Positions 27,676-38,082 are shown, counted from the stretch's first letter. The stretch is 64,000 nt of DNA from Candidatus Fermentimicrarchaeum limneticum (GCA_013426015.1 CP058998.1:920142-984141), one strand, 5' to 3'. Notes: generated by a model from the sequence alone, not told the origin. Made by a program: numbers and translations.

Positions 27676-30050
27676 GGTGTGGGATGCTCTGCGGCAAATC
27701 CGATTTCCCATTCACACTTTACTTCATAAAGATACGCGAGGCCTCGGATCCTGAGCTGAGGAGAATAAGTTCTGAGAGAAGCCTCTCGCTTGACCTGGGT
27801 GAGATGAGGAGGATACGGGAGCACTACAGGAAGCTGGGGAGGGACGCAACTGATGTTGAGTTGGAGATGATTGCGCAGATATGGTCGGAGCACTGCTGCC
27901 ACAAGACTCTGAGAGGAGACTTCAAGGATTCGAAGGGAAGGATGGTTGCAAGCAAGCTGCTGAAGAACACAATAATGAAGGCAACAAAAGATTTGAATTT
28001 CTCTTGGTGCAAGCTCGTCTTCAAGGACAATGCAGGGATAGTTGACTTTGACGGCAGGCATTCTCTGGCTTTCAAGGTTGAGACGCACAACCATCCCTCT
28101 GCTTTGGAGCCTTTCGGCGGTGCTTCAACAGGAGTCGGCGGGGTCATACGAGACATTCTTGGTGTGTGGGCCGACCCGATTGCAAACACAGATGTCCTCT
28201 GCTTCGCTCCCCTGGACTTTCCCGAGAAAAAGATTCCAAAGGGAATAAAGCAGCCGCGCTACTTATACAACGGGGTCGTTGCGGGAATAGGCGCATACGG
28301 GAACAACATGGGCATCCCGACAGTGAACGGGTCAATCCATTTTGACGAGAGTTACTTGGGCAACCCGCTCGTATACTGCGGCTGCCTAGGCTTGCTGCCG
28401 ATGAAGAAATTTGTGAAGAACACCAAGCCAGGCGACTGCATACTGCTTGCAGGAGGGAGGACAGGAAAGGATGGAATTCACGGCGTGACATTCGCATCAG
28501 CCGAACTCACCGAAACTTCCGAGGAATTGTCGCGTTCCGCAGTCCAGATTGGGGACCCGATTGAGGAGGAGAAGCTGAAAAGAGCACTTCTGAGGGTGAG
28601 GGACGAGGGATTTGCGTCTGCCATAACCGATCTGGGGGGAGGGGGCGTTTCCTGCGCCGTCAGCGAGATGGCCGAACGTTCTGGTTGCGGTGCAAGCGTA
28701 GAGCTTGACAACGTTCCTCTGAAATACCCGATGGATGCTCCTTGGGAGATATGGGTTTCCGAATCGCAGGAGAGGATGCTTCTCTCCGTACCTGAAAACA
28801 AGGTGGAGAAGGCACTTCAGGCATTTGAGGATGAGGACGTTGAGGCAACCGTGATAGGCCGCTTCAACGACTCAAAGCAGATATTCGTCCTCTACAAGGA
28901 CAAACCAGTTGCGAACCTATCAAACCACTTCTTATATGAGCTTCCCGTTGCAACCACAATTGTCAGGAAGCCCAAGACAAGGCAAAAGGAACCGGACTTC
29001 AAGCAACCGAAAAATCTCGGAGAAATCCTGCTTAAACTTCTTTCTTTGCCCTGCACTGCCAGCAAGGAGAGCGTCATACGCACCTACGACCACGAAGTCA
29101 AGGGTCACACTGTTGTGAAACCGTTGCAAGGTGAATTCCTTGACGGGCCCGGTGACGCCTGCGTGCTCAAACCGCTTCCCGGCTCATGGAAAGGAGTTGC
29201 GCTTTCAAACGGCTTCAACCCCAACTACGGCAAGATAGACTGCTACGCGATGGCTGCCTCTGCAGTCGACGAGGCAATCAGGAACAACATTGCCGTCGGA
29301 GGGAGGAGAATCGCGCTGCTGGACAACTTCTGCTGGGGTCCTCCGAAGAAGCCGGAGCTTGCCTATGGGTTGGTGGAAGCGTGCAATGCCTGCAGGGACA
29401 TGGCGCTCGCGTTCAAAACTCCATTCATCTCAGGCAAGGACAGCTTATACAACGAATACGCGGGCAGGCCCATAACGCCCTCCCTCCTCATCTCAGCTCT
29501 CGGCATAGTGCCGGATGTGAGAAAAACAATAACAATGGATGCAAAGAAGGCAGGCAGCCTCATCTACCTGATTGGCGAAACTCGCAGGGAGCTTGGAGGC
29601 TCGTCATACTATTCATTATTCAAACAATTGGGAGCTTCTGTTCCAAGGGTGAACCCAACAAAGGCAAGAGTGATTTTCAGCAAAGTTACGTCTGCAATCG
29701 ACAGAGGGATGCTCCTCTCCTGCCATGACCTGTCAGAAGGCGGGCTGGGGGTTGCTGCAGCCGAGATGGCTTTCTCGGGCAACACAGGTATGGAGCTTGA
29801 CCTGGGGCAGCTCAACTCAAAGGAGAGGAGTGACTTCCTTCTCTTCTCAGAATCTAACTCGCGTTTCCTGATTGAAATTTCCCCTGCAAAGCAGAAGAGC
29901 TTTGAAAAGCTCATGCGGGGTGTGCCTTTCTCAAGAATTGGCAGGACAACCAACCTAAAACAATTCGTAGTGCTTGGCGCAAACGGCGATGTCCTGATAG
30001 CAGAGCAGCTTGACAAACTGAGGAACACCTGGAAGGAGCCCCTGAAGTGA
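27672..30050 (+). CDS. purL: FGAM synthase subunit PurL
   Basis: WSEHCCHK, KVETHNHPS, DLGGGG, SESQERM, SGKDS and HDLSEGG motifs. Confidence 0.96.
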   Translation: MRCGMLCGKSDFPFTLYFIKIREASDPELRRISSERSLSLDLGEMRRIREHYRKLGRDATDVELEMIAQIWSEHCCHKTLRGDFKDSKGRMVASKLLKNTIMKATKDLNFSWCKLVFKDNAGIVDFDGRHSLAFKVETHNHPSALEPFGGASTGVGGVIRDILGVWADPIANTDVLCFAPLDFPEKKIPKGIKQPRYLYNGVVAGIGAYGNNMGIPTVNGSIHFDESYLGNPLVYCGCLGLLPMKKFVKNTKPGDCILLAGGRTGKDGIHGVTFASAELTETSEELSRSAVQIGDPIEEEKLKRALLRVRDEGFASAITDLGGGGVSCAVSEMAERSGCGASVELDNVPLKYPMDAPWEIWVSESQERMLLSVPENKVEKALQAFEDEDVEATVIGRFNDSKQIFVLYKDKPVANLSNHFLYELPVATTIVRKPKTRQKEPDFKQPKNLGEILLKLLSLPCTASKESVIRTYDHEVKGHTVVKPLQGEFLDGPGDACVLKPLPGSWKGVALSNGFNPNYGKIDCYAMAASAVDEAIRNNIAVGGRRIALLDNFCWGPPKKPELAYGLVEACNACRDMALAFKTPFISGKDSLYNEYAGRPITPSLLISALGIVPDVRKTITMDAKKAGSLIYLIGETRRELGGSSYYSLFKQLGASVPRVNPTKARVIFSKVTSAIDRGMLLSCHDLSEGGLGVAAAEMAFSGNTGMELDLGQLNSKERSDFLLFSESNSRFLIEISPAKQKSFEKLMRGVPFSRIGRTTNLKQFVVLGANGDVLIAEQLDKLRNTWKEPLK

Positions 30051-30054
30051 TAAT

Positions 30055-30852
30055 ATGAAGCGCATATGCGTGATGAGGGTTGCCGGAACGAACCGGGATT
30101 ATGATACCATGGAAATCCTCTCCTACCTCGGGGCACATGCAGAAACAATCCACATGAACGAGTTCCTTAGAGGAAGGAAGAGTCTGCTCGACTACGATGC
30201 ATTCATCTTCCCGGGCGGCTTCTCATACGGTGACAGGATACGCTCCGGAGCAATCTGGGCGAAGCAGCTCATCTACAAGCTCTCGGATGACTTCAGGAAA
30301 ATTGCAGATGAAGGCAGGCCAATCCTCGGCATATGCAACGGGATGCAGGTTGTCGTTGAGGCAGGTCTGATTCCAGGTATGGAGGGCATAAGCGAATACC
30401 CCGAGGCAGCAATGGGAGTGAACGTATCATCAAGATTCGAGTGCAGGTGGGTTTACCTCAAGAACTTCTCAAGAGGCAGCTGCCTCTTCGCCAAGGAAAT
30501 TCCCAGAAACACAGTCATACGTGTGCCTGTTGCGCACGAGGAGGGAAGGTTCACCCTGCCGAAGAAGAAGGAAAAAGAACTGCTCCGCACATTTGAGAGG
30601 AACGACCAGATAGTCTTCCGCTACTGCGATGAGAAAGGAGAAGTTGCAAACGGAAAATACCCGCTCAACCCAAACGGCGCATTCTCAGACATAGCAGGCG
30701 TGTGCAACCCAGAGGGCAATGTTCTTGCCTTCATGCCCCATGCGGAGGACGCATGTTTCTACTACCAGCATCCAGACTGGACAAGAAAAGGGCTGAAAGG
30801 GGAGATGGGTGGCATCCTGCTTTTCAAGAGCCTACTCTCATACCTAAAATAA
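30055..30852 (+). CDS. purQ: FGAM synthase glutaminase subunit PurQ
   Basis: PGGFSYGD, GICNG, AHEEG and MPHAE motifs. Confidence 0.95.
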   Translation: MKRICVMRVAGTNRDYDTMEILSYLGAHAETIHMNEFLRGRKSLLDYDAFIFPGGFSYGDRIRSGAIWAKQLIYKLSDDFRKIADEGRPILGICNGMQVVVEAGLIPGMEGISEYPEAAMGVNVSSRFECRWVYLKNFSRGSCLFAKEIPRNTVIRVPVAHEEGRFTLPKKKEKELLRTFERNDQIVFRYCDEKGEVANGKYPLNPNGAFSDIAGVCNPEGNVLAFMPHAEDACFYYQHPDWTRKGLKGEMGGILLFKSLLSYLK

Positions 30853-30853
30853 G

Positions 30854-31669
30854 TCACCTCACACGATACACACGAACAAAATAGTTGCTGATGGGAATCC
30901 TCTCCACATTAAATCTATCCGCCACCTTCTCATTAAAATCCCCCCAGCACATTACATAACCACCCTCCTTTGTGCTCTCTATTAAATTTCCTAGGTATGC
31001 TTCCTCAGAGGATACCGAACCACCATATATGAATGAGAAAGTTATATCTGCTTTAACAGGTGCAGGACCTTTCTCTATATCCAATGGTTTTGGGCAGACT
31101 ATTCTTTCCCTATATTCTTTGGGTATCTTTACAGATACAACTCGCCAGAAACCCTTTTCCTCCTTCCCATGAAACTCAGGAAAAAATCTTTTAAAATACT
31201 CGCCATCCCCTCCTGCTAATCTAATTTTCAGCACTTTACTAGATTTCACAGCCAGCAGCACATCCTGCCTTATATCCATCGCATACAGAGTGAACTCCTC
31301 AGGCGTTATCCCTGCATTTCTAATCTGATTCAGTAGCTCAAAAGGCTCAAAGGAGATATTAACCCTTTTAACACCTCTTTCTATCAAACTGAGCTTCTCT
31401 ACAACTCCACTTTCTTTTATAAGTTCATCAAGTTTATTTCTCTCCTCAATACCCAACCCTATCTCGTTTATTATTACTCTCTCCCCCTTATCCTTAAACT
31501 CCAGCAGTCTTCTCCCAAACTCCTCCATTGCAAGGTGGTTTCTCCCGAAAGAGGTCACTATTGGTTTCTGCGGATGCTCCCTAAAATGGTCAGCGAATCT
31601 TTCCCAAGGTCTGGCTTTCACTTCCTTGAAATCAGGCTTCTCCTCCAGAGGTTTCCTAGCCCAAACCAT
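30854..31669 (-). CDS. Hypothetical protein, possibly class I methyltransferase fold
   Basis: INEIGLG, AMDI and TKEGGYVM segments; AT-richer than its neighbours. Confidence 0.45.
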   Translation of the reverse strand: MVWARKPLEEKPDFKEVKARPWERFADHFREHPQKPIVTSFGRNHLAMEEFGRRLLEFKDKGERVIINEIGLGIEERNKLDELIKESGVVEKLSLIERGVKRVNISFEPFELLNQIRNAGITPEEFTLYAMDIRQDVLLAVKSSKVLKIRLAGGDGEYFKRFFPEFHGKEEKGFWRVVSVKIPKEYRERIVCPKPLDIEKGPAPVKADITFSFIYGGSVSSEEAYLGNLIESTKEGGYVMCWGDFNEKVADRFNVERIPISNYFVRVYRVR

Positions 31670-31767
31670 ACCTAATTTTATGCCTTTTCTTGCTTAAAAA
31701 CATCTATCTCCTCGAAGGAGGCTAGGTATTAAAATCTCTCCTTCATAACTATACCGAAGCTGGTTTT

Positions 31768-32352
31768 ATGGCTAACGATGGAAAGATTATCATATCCGTT
31801 CATTGCGACGTTATCTGGAACGCCGCCCATGTAAAATTCGTCAGGAAAAGGAGACGTCGATATTACGAAGGCAACCTTGATAATGTCGTATGTGTAGGGG
31901 CAGTCCTGCGCTCCGTCATGCCGCGCGTGAGGGACAGGAGGGTCAAGTTCTACTTCACCAATGCAGAAGAAACTAACATGCTTGGGGCAAAGAAGGTGAT
32001 GCGCAGGGAGGGGCGTGCCCTCTACATACCGATAGACGTCACCCAAGCATCAAGAAACTCAGACGTTAATGTAGAGTGGATGCAACACTTGAATAAGAAG
32101 GTGCTGAAAAAGGTGCTTGGCCGCATCCCCAAGCTGAAGGTTGGTTTCAAGACAGGACATCCTGACGAGACAAGAATTTATGGGACGAAATACCCCACAT
32201 TCTCCCTGACTCTTCCACTTAAAGGTCGGATGCATGGAAAATCACGCGTCTCATTTTGGAAAGTAAAGCGCTTCGGGCTTTCTATAGTTGAGATACTGAG
32301 GAGAATAAGGATGAACTACGACAAGATATGCGAGTTCAAAGAGCGGTCCTGA
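31768..32352 (+). CDS. Small M28/M42-like zinc hydrolase
   Basis: SVHCD, GNLDN, FTNAEE and IDV ligands in the expected order. Confidence 0.6.
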   Translation: MANDGKIIISVHCDVIWNAAHVKFVRKRRRRYYEGNLDNVVCVGAVLRSVMPRVRDRRVKFYFTNAEETNMLGAKKVMRREGRALYIPIDVTQASRNSDVNVEWMQHLNKKVLKKVLGRIPKLKVGFKTGHPDETRIYGTKYPTFSLTLPLKGRMHGKSRVSFWKVKRFGLSIVEILRRIRMNYDKICEFKERS

Positions 32353-32797
32353 ATAGTAGGAAGAACCCCAACCCCACGAGAAAACTTGCCAAGTTATTTA
32401 TCAAGCTCATTGCAACAGCGTCATTCAGCTTCATCCTCTTCCTGTTGAGCAGGAATATCACTGTCGCTTCGAATGCAAAAACCATAATCTCCCCCACAGC
32501 AACTGGAATCCAGTAGTCAACATACCAGCTGACTATCACCACAAAAATCCAGAACAGAGGGACTGAAATGATGTTTGAAAGGATGGCACTCAACAATATC
32601 CACTTGCTCAGCTTCCTGAAGTGCAGGTACAATAAAGAGGTTACCAATTCCACTGCAACTGTTCCTACAAATGCAAGCAGCAGAACCACAAGAAAAGCGA
32701 CTCCTGCAAACAGCATAACGGGAAATGGGCTTATGTCCGCGTATACAATACCCGTGAGACATGCCAGAAGAAGAACGAGAATCAAGAGTTTTTTCAT
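32336..32797 (-). CDS. Hypothetical membrane protein
   Basis: Signal peptide plus about 4 TM segments. Confidence 0.65.
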   Translation of the reverse strand: MKKLLILVLLLACLTGIVYADISPFPVMLFAGVAFLVVLLLAFVGTVAVELVTSLLYLHFRKLSKWILLSAILSNIISVPLFWIFVVIVSWYVDYWIPVAVGEIMVFAFEATVIFLLNRKRMKLNDAVAMSLINNLASFLVGLGFFLLFRTAL

Positions 32798-32830
32798 ATC
32801 TTGCCTACCCCTTTGCGTATATAATACCTC

Positions 32831-34165
32831 TCAGTACAGATACCCCCAAGTATACAGCATATCGCTGTCAAGGTTCCATCTTTCCCCAATATCCGTCCTG
32901 TAGAACATGTTGGGAATCATCACATTCTTCACCCTTGAATATGCCTGCTTTCTTGCGTCATCCATGGTAACTCCTGAGCCGGTAACAATCAAGGCATAGC
33001 CGGACTGCCCAGCCAGTCGCCAGTCATCCTCCACAAGCTTCACATCACCAAGATGTATCCCATCAAGGTTTGACTTCTTGAACAGGATAGTTGCATCTTC
33101 TGAATACTTCTTGAAAGCATCCGGGTCGCTGAATGGGAATGGCGGGACTGCCACCACCACGCAAATCTGGAACCCCTTCTTCGTTTTAACTTCTTTTGCC
33201 TGCCCAGCAGCCAGCTCTTTGAGGAAGCTGCTCCACTCACTGGTAATCCCCTCAATCTGCAGGCTTATCGTGGGGTAACCCGGTCTCGCAGTGAACTCAA
33301 GTGGGAATATGCCTCTCGAATTGACGATACAATTTAGGTCGAAATATCCTGAATAACCAGATGCTTCCAGCACCGGCTTCATCTTCAGAAGGGTTTCATT
33401 GAAAAGCTTGTTCGGTGGACACCAGAAACTTGAAGTGCCCATTTCTCCCGTGTTTGGGCCAAGTCCGCCCGGAAACATCTTCTTATGTTCGAAATTTATG
33501 AATATTGGCTGCACGAACTCCTTCCCGTTGAAGAAAGTGCCTATTGCAACCTCCACACCCTGCACGAACTTCTGAAGCTGTAGGCTCATCTTCTTTGACC
33601 AACTCTTCTTGTAGTGCTCCAGAACATTTATCACGTCATTCCCGTCCTCCTCCTGCCCTATGAAGACCAACTCCTTCTCGTTCTGTGCCCTGCCACTGGG
33701 CTTTATCACATACCTATCAGGGTTCTTCTTCACAAACTCTACAGCATCATCAAACCCCACAAAATCCCAGTGTGGCAGCGTGTTGACTCCGGCCTTGTTC
33801 AGCTCGTCCTGACCGAACTCCCTGTCATCCTCCAGCCTGTCCGTGTAGAGAGAACCGCCGACAACCAGCTTCCCGTCCTTCCTCAAATCCTCCGCAATCT
33901 GCCCGAAGCCCACATCGTCAAGAATTATCACGTCCGCCCAGTCCTTGAACTCCTTCCAGTCATCGCACTTGTCAACAAACCCATCGCAAATATCTTTTTC
34001 AGACTTGTCCCGGATGTAATACTTCACCTCGCTTCCTTCCTTCTTCACCTGCCAGGCCAAATCCCCAATTAAACCTTCATAGGAAACGAAAAGGAATTTC
34101 AGCGGCTTCTTCTCCTCTTTTTTCTCTTCGGCTGCAACTACAGTTCCATTTGAGTTGGGAGACAT
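32831..34165 (-). CDS. Phosphoribosylamine-glycine ligase-like ATP-grasp protein
   Basis: YVIKP, EHKK..GPNTGEMG, LEFTARPGYP and FYRTDIG; lacks the canonical GSGGREH. Confidence 0.75.
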   Translation of the reverse strand: MSPNSNGTVVAAEEKKEEKKPLKFLFVSYEGLIGDLAWQVKKEGSEVKYYIRDKSEKDICDGFVDKCDDWKEFKDWADVIILDDVGFGQIAEDLRKDGKLVVGGSLYTDRLEDDREFGQDELNKAGVNTLPHWDFVGFDDAVEFVKKNPDRYVIKPSGRAQNEKELVFIGQEEDGNDVINVLEHYKKSWSKKMSLQLQKFVQGVEVAIGTFFNGKEFVQPIFINFEHKKMFPGGLGPNTGEMGTSSFWCPPNKLFNETLLKMKPVLEASGYSGYFDLNCIVNSRGIFPLEFTARPGYPTISLQIEGITSEWSSFLKELAAGQAKEVKTKKGFQICVVVAVPPFPFSDPDAFKKYSEDATILFKKSNLDGIHLGDVKLVEDDWRLAGQSGYALIVTGSGVTMDDARKQAYSRVKNVMIPNMFYRTDIGERWNLDSDMLYTWGYLY

Positions 34166-34217
34166 GAATTGATTTGATATTCAACTAGTTATAAACTTTT
34201 CTAAAAATTCATCTGGC

Positions 34218-35012
34218 TCAATTCAAATTCTTGAAACTCTTGCTCACACCTTCGCTCCAGAAGCTCGGAAGCCCATTCTCAACGACCCCCCTCAACTCAT
34301 CCGAGTACACATAGGTGGCTTCTGCCCCGGCATCCTTCCCCAGGCTCCTCTCCGCCTCCTCGTATATGTCGCGTATCCTCTTCCTCTCAAAATCCTTCTG
34401 CAGCAGGGATGACTTTTTGAGCAGCAGGTAATCTGCCTGCCTTATCGCATTCACGTCAAGGTTTGCCGAATTCTGCGAGATGAATAGTATGCTCAAGTCC
34501 TTGTGCCTCGCAACCACTAGCAGGGCCGAGAGAAGCTTGTTTGCATCCGACATTGAATCCCTGGATGAGAACAACACTCCTCCTTCGTCAACGAGCACGA
34601 ACGAGCCGTTCTTCACTTCCTCGATTCTCCTCACAGCCTTTACCCATCCCGGCAGCTTATCCTCCGCGAACCCCATCGCGCATACCGCCCTTCCACTTTT
34701 TGCATGGACATTCTCCAAAATCCTCATTCCGAGTGCGCTCTTCCCGCTGCCCCTTGCCCCCAGAATCAAGCCTACAGTGCTCTTCGAGCCGAGCAGCTTT
34801 TCCTCAAAACTTTCAACAGACCCCTCGACAACCTTGACCGGCCTAAGCTCCAAATAGCCAGGCTTAACCCTCGGCTTCCTCACTCCTTTCAGGGCTGCGT
34901 TTGCGGAAGCACGGAACAAATTATAAATCCATGCAAACGTGCTGCCAGCTAGCCCCCAAATAAATCCCAGCATGCCAGCAACAGAACCCCAGAAACCCCT
35001 TCTATTCGCCAT
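34218..35012 (-). CDS. Membrane-anchored P-loop ATPase (Zot/A32-like motifs)
   Basis: N-terminal hydrophobic helix, Walker A GARGSGKS, Walker B VLVDE, ARH....hhhSQ. Confidence 0.75.
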   Translation of the reverse strand: MANRRGFWGSVAGMLGFIWGLAGSTFAWIYNLFRASANAALKGVRKPRVKPGYLELRPVKVVEGSVESFEEKLLGSKSTVGLILGARGSGKSALGMRILENVHAKSGRAVCAMGFAEDKLPGWVKAVRRIEEVKNGSFVLVDEGGVLFSSRDSMSDANKLLSALLVVARHKDLSILFISQNSANLDVNAIRQADYLLLKKSSLLQKDFERKRIRDIYEEAERSLGKDAGAEATYVYSDELRGVVENGLPSFWSEGVSKSFKNLN

Positions 35013-35087
35013 GTTAGTAAGATGGATGCGCATCAACAAAAATCTTTGCTCTGTTCCGAAAACAGCCCTCCAATTTTGTGTGGATTG

Positions 35088-35645
35088 TCATGCACCAAAA
35101 GCGATTTTCCTGTATACTTCGGACACTTCGCTCCTCGCTATTTTTTCAATTTTTTCGTCAGCTTCCTTTACCGCCTTGCCGAACGCGTCCTCGGCCTCAG
35201 AATCGCTCATATTGGAGAACCCCCCTCCCCTCCCAGCATCCCTCAGGCAGTACGCGACAGCAAGAATCTTCCTCGCCTGCTTTGACATAGAGTCAATAAT
35301 ACCTGCCTTCCTGACCACACCGTCCCTCGCCCTGCTCACCTTTCCCATATCATCCGCGTTGTCCAGCGCATCCACCCACTCCTTCTTCATCTGCGCAAGA
35401 ATAAGCGAGAGTTCAGCCGCAACCTCCTTTTCCAGGAATAGGGCGAATTCCCGCTCATTGACGCCTGCACGCCCAAGCTTCCTGCCAAGGCCGGCCAGCA
35501 GATTCTTCGCGCCCTCCTTACCGCCGAGTTCCTGTTGCAATCCTTCGAATAGGTTCTTCATCTTTCTCTGCTGCAAACTGTCAATCTCCTCCCGCATGCC
35601 CTCTGGCTTAGCAGCTGAAACATGGTGCATGCAGGAATTATGCAC
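35088..35645 (-). CDS. Hypothetical alpha-helical protein
   Basis: 185-aa ORF with host-like codon usage; start uncertain. Confidence 0.55.
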   Translation of the reverse strand: MHNSCMHHVSAAKPEGMREEIDSLQQRKMKNLFEGLQQELGGKEGAKNLLAGLGRKLGRAGVNEREFALFLEKEVAAELSLILAQMKKEWVDALDNADDMGKVSRARDGVVRKAGIIDSMSKQARKILAVAYCLRDAGRGGGFSNMSDSEAEDAFGKAVKEADEKIEKIARSEVSEVYRKIAFGA

Positions 35646-35667
35646 TTAAAAATATTTAAATCAACAG

Positions 35668-36315
35668 CTACTCAAACCCCTTCTTCTTGCCCCACCCTGC
35701 CGTATCCTGCGTCCACTCCAGCACCACTCCCTCCTGCTCCTTGCTTATTATCTTCTTTGCAGTCGCCCTTTTCACCAAAGTGGTTATGTCCGTTAACGGA
35801 ATGAGCTCCACCCCCTCTGCCTTGAAACCTTCCACTGACTTGGGCATCTGGTAGGTGAATATCACCACACAGTGCGTGGGCTTCGCACCTGCCGCCTTCG
35901 CTGCTTTCACTGCATTCAGAGAACTGCCCCCTTGGCTCACCAAATCCTCTATGACGACAACTCTGGCATTCTTCTCCAATCGCCCCTCAATCAGGTTCTG
36001 CTTCCCGTGCTCCTTCTCCTCCTTCCTCACATACACCATCGGTTTTTTTATCCTTTCAGCAAGCCAGGCTGCGTGCGGTATCCCCGAAGAGGCAACCGCT
36101 GCCAGGCAATCAACGTTCTGCAGCCCAACTCCTTCCCTCAGCACCTTCTCGAAGGCATCTATAACTTCCTCCCTTTCCTTCACATGCGACATCAGCAGCC
36201 TGCAGTCCGTGTAAATGGGGCTGAGTATCCCGGATGCATACCTGTAAGGCTTCTGCGGACTCAGCGTCACAGCCCCTATGTCCAGCAGGATGTCGGCAAT
36301 CCTCTCCTTGCTCAT
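35668..36315 (-). CDS. pyrE: Orotate phosphoribosyltransferase
   Basis: ASGILSPIYTD, YVRKEEKEHG and VVIEDLVSQGGS motifs. Confidence 0.95.
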   Translation of the reverse strand: MSKERIADILLDIGAVTLSPQKPYRYASGILSPIYTDCRLLMSHVKEREEVIDAFEKVLREGVGLQNVDCLAAVASSGIPHAAWLAERIKKPMVYVRKEEKEHGKQNLIEGRLEKNARVVVIEDLVSQGGSSLNAVKAAKAAGAKPTHCVVIFTYQMPKSVEGFKAEGVELIPLTDITTLVKRATAKKIISKEQEGVVLEWTQDTAGWGKKKGFE

Positions 36316-36323
36316 GCAATCAC

Positions 36324-37127
36324 CTACTCCCTCCACGCATAATACTCGCTCAGACCAACTTTCTTCCCGTACTTCAACCTTGCAAACCTCCCAAACTCAC
36401 TCATTCTTGAAAGCTGTTTTGATGAGAAGACAGGCCCGTCAACACATACCCTGTAACCATCCACAGCGCAGCTCCCGCACACACCCAAACCGCAGTGCAT
36501 ATACCTCTCCAGCGAGAGCTGGCATTCCACCCTGTTTTTTCTGCATATTTCAAAAACCCTCTTCAGCATCATCTCTGGCCCGCACCCATAAACAACATCA
36601 ACCCTGCATTTTTCGATAACCTCCTCAAGAATATCGCTTGCGAAGCATTTCCTGCCGCACGAGCCGTCATCAGTGGTGTGTTCCACCTTGCAAACCTTCT
36701 CCATCCTCTCCCTGAAAATGAGCTTCTCCTTTGTTGCCGCGCCCATTATGATGATAGGCTTCTTCCTTGCAAGCTTCTCTGCGAGAGGGGCAAGCGGTGC
36801 GATTCCAATACCACCAGCGATTATGCACGGCCTCTTGCATACGTCAACATCAAAACCATTCCCGTAAGGGCCCCCCACCCCGATATAGTCGCCTTTCTTC
36901 AGTTTGAAAATCTCATCCGTGAACTTCCCCCTCCTCTGCACTGTTACAGCCGCTTCTCCATCCATGTAGGAAAGCGCATATGGTTTCTCATCCACTCCCG
37001 GCAGCCACACCATCACGAACTGGCCGGGTATCGCCCCAGGCACGTTATCCTCTAGGAAAATCGTCCTGACTTCCTCACTCTCCTTCACAACCTTTCTCAC
37101 TCTGTTTGAAACTGGCATGTCACTCAT
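36324..37127 (-). CDS. pyrK: Dihydroorotate dehydrogenase electron-transfer subunit
   Basis: PGQFVMVW, GPYGNGF, AGGIGIAP, CGPE and CGLGVCGSC...C motifs. Confidence 0.95.
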   Translation of the reverse strand: MSDMPVSNRVRKVVKESEEVRTIFLEDNVPGAIPGQFVMVWLPGVDEKPYALSYMDGEAAVTVQRRGKFTDEIFKLKKGDYIGVGGPYGNGFDVDVCKRPCIIAGGIGIAPLAPLAEKLARKKPIIIMGAATKEKLIFRERMEKVCKVEHTTDDGSCGRKCFASDILEEVIEKCRVDVVYGCGPEMMLKRVFEICRKNRVECQLSLERYMHCGLGVCGSCAVDGYRVCVDGPVFSSKQLSRMSEFGRFARLKYGKKVGLSEYYAWRE

Positions 37128-38040
37128 GAGCCACACCGATCAATTTTTTCACATCCTTGTAGCCGTTCTCCTTCATCCAGATTTTCATCTCCTCGCAAAC
37201 CTTTTTGAAAACATCAATCCCCCTGTAGTAAATCCCGCTTCCAATCCCAACCGCGGTTGCACCTGCCTGCATCAGCTCAATCACATCCCTCCCCTCAGTG
37301 ACTCCGCCTATCCCGAGGATTGGTATGTCAACCACCTCGTAAATATCATAGACGCATCTCACTGCAATCGGCCTTATCGCGGGACCGGAAATTCCTCCCC
37401 TCTTGTAATCTAGCACAGGCTTTTTTGCTTCAATGTTAATCAGCATGCCCGGCCCCACGGTGTTTATGGCGGCAATCGCATCCGCACCTGCCTCCTCGCA
37501 TGCCTTTGCAACCCTGCCAACATCCAATGCCTGCGATGTCAGCTTCGGCATTACAGGAACCTTGCCTGCAACATCCTTTACCGCGGCAACAACTTCAGCA
37601 GAATGCTTCTCGCTGCAACCGAAAACCATACCCTCTGCCTTCGTGTTCGGGCAGGAGACGTTCAGTTCAATAACCGCGGGGTTGTATCCTGCAACAGCCT
37701 CTGCAACCTCTCGGAACTCCTCAACCGATGCCCCATAGATGCTCACAAAGACAGGAGCGCCAACCTCCTTCATCCTTGCAAGCTCTCCTTCCATATCCTT
37801 GTAACCCGGCGATGGCAGCCCCACGGCGTTTATCATTCCCCACTCATAAGCTAAGACAGTGGGGTTCCTGTGCCCGCTCTTCACCTTCGGACCGATTGAC
37901 TTGAAAGTTACGGCTCCAGCCCCCTCCTGGACGACCCGCTTCAGCATTTCAACATTGACGCCAAGGAAGCCTGAGGAAAGAACAGTGGGATTCCTCATCC
38001 TCGCCCCGCAAAATGAGACCGAAATATCCACTAAGTTCAC
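37120..38040 (-). CDS. pyrD: Dihydroorotate dehydrogenase family 1B
   Basis: NAVGL, ELNVSCPN, INT and GGISGPAIRP motifs. Confidence 0.95.
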   Translation of the reverse strand: MNLVDISVSFCGARMRNPTVLSSGFLGVNVEMLKRVVQEGAGAVTFKSIGPKVKSGHRNPTVLAYEWGMINAVGLPSPGYKDMEGELARMKEVGAPVFVSIYGASVEEFREVAEAVAGYNPAVIELNVSCPNTKAEGMVFGCSEKHSAEVVAAVKDVAGKVPVMPKLTSQALDVGRVAKACEEAGADAIAAINTVGPGMLINIEAKKPVLDYKRGGISGPAIRPIAVRCVYDIYEVVDIPILGIGGVTEGRDVIELMQAGATAVGIGSGIYYRGIDVFKKVCEEMKIWMKENGYKDVKKLIGVAHE

Positions 38041-38082
38041 CCCTTAGACTTACAGAAGTAGGGAATAAAAGCTTACCGCAGC

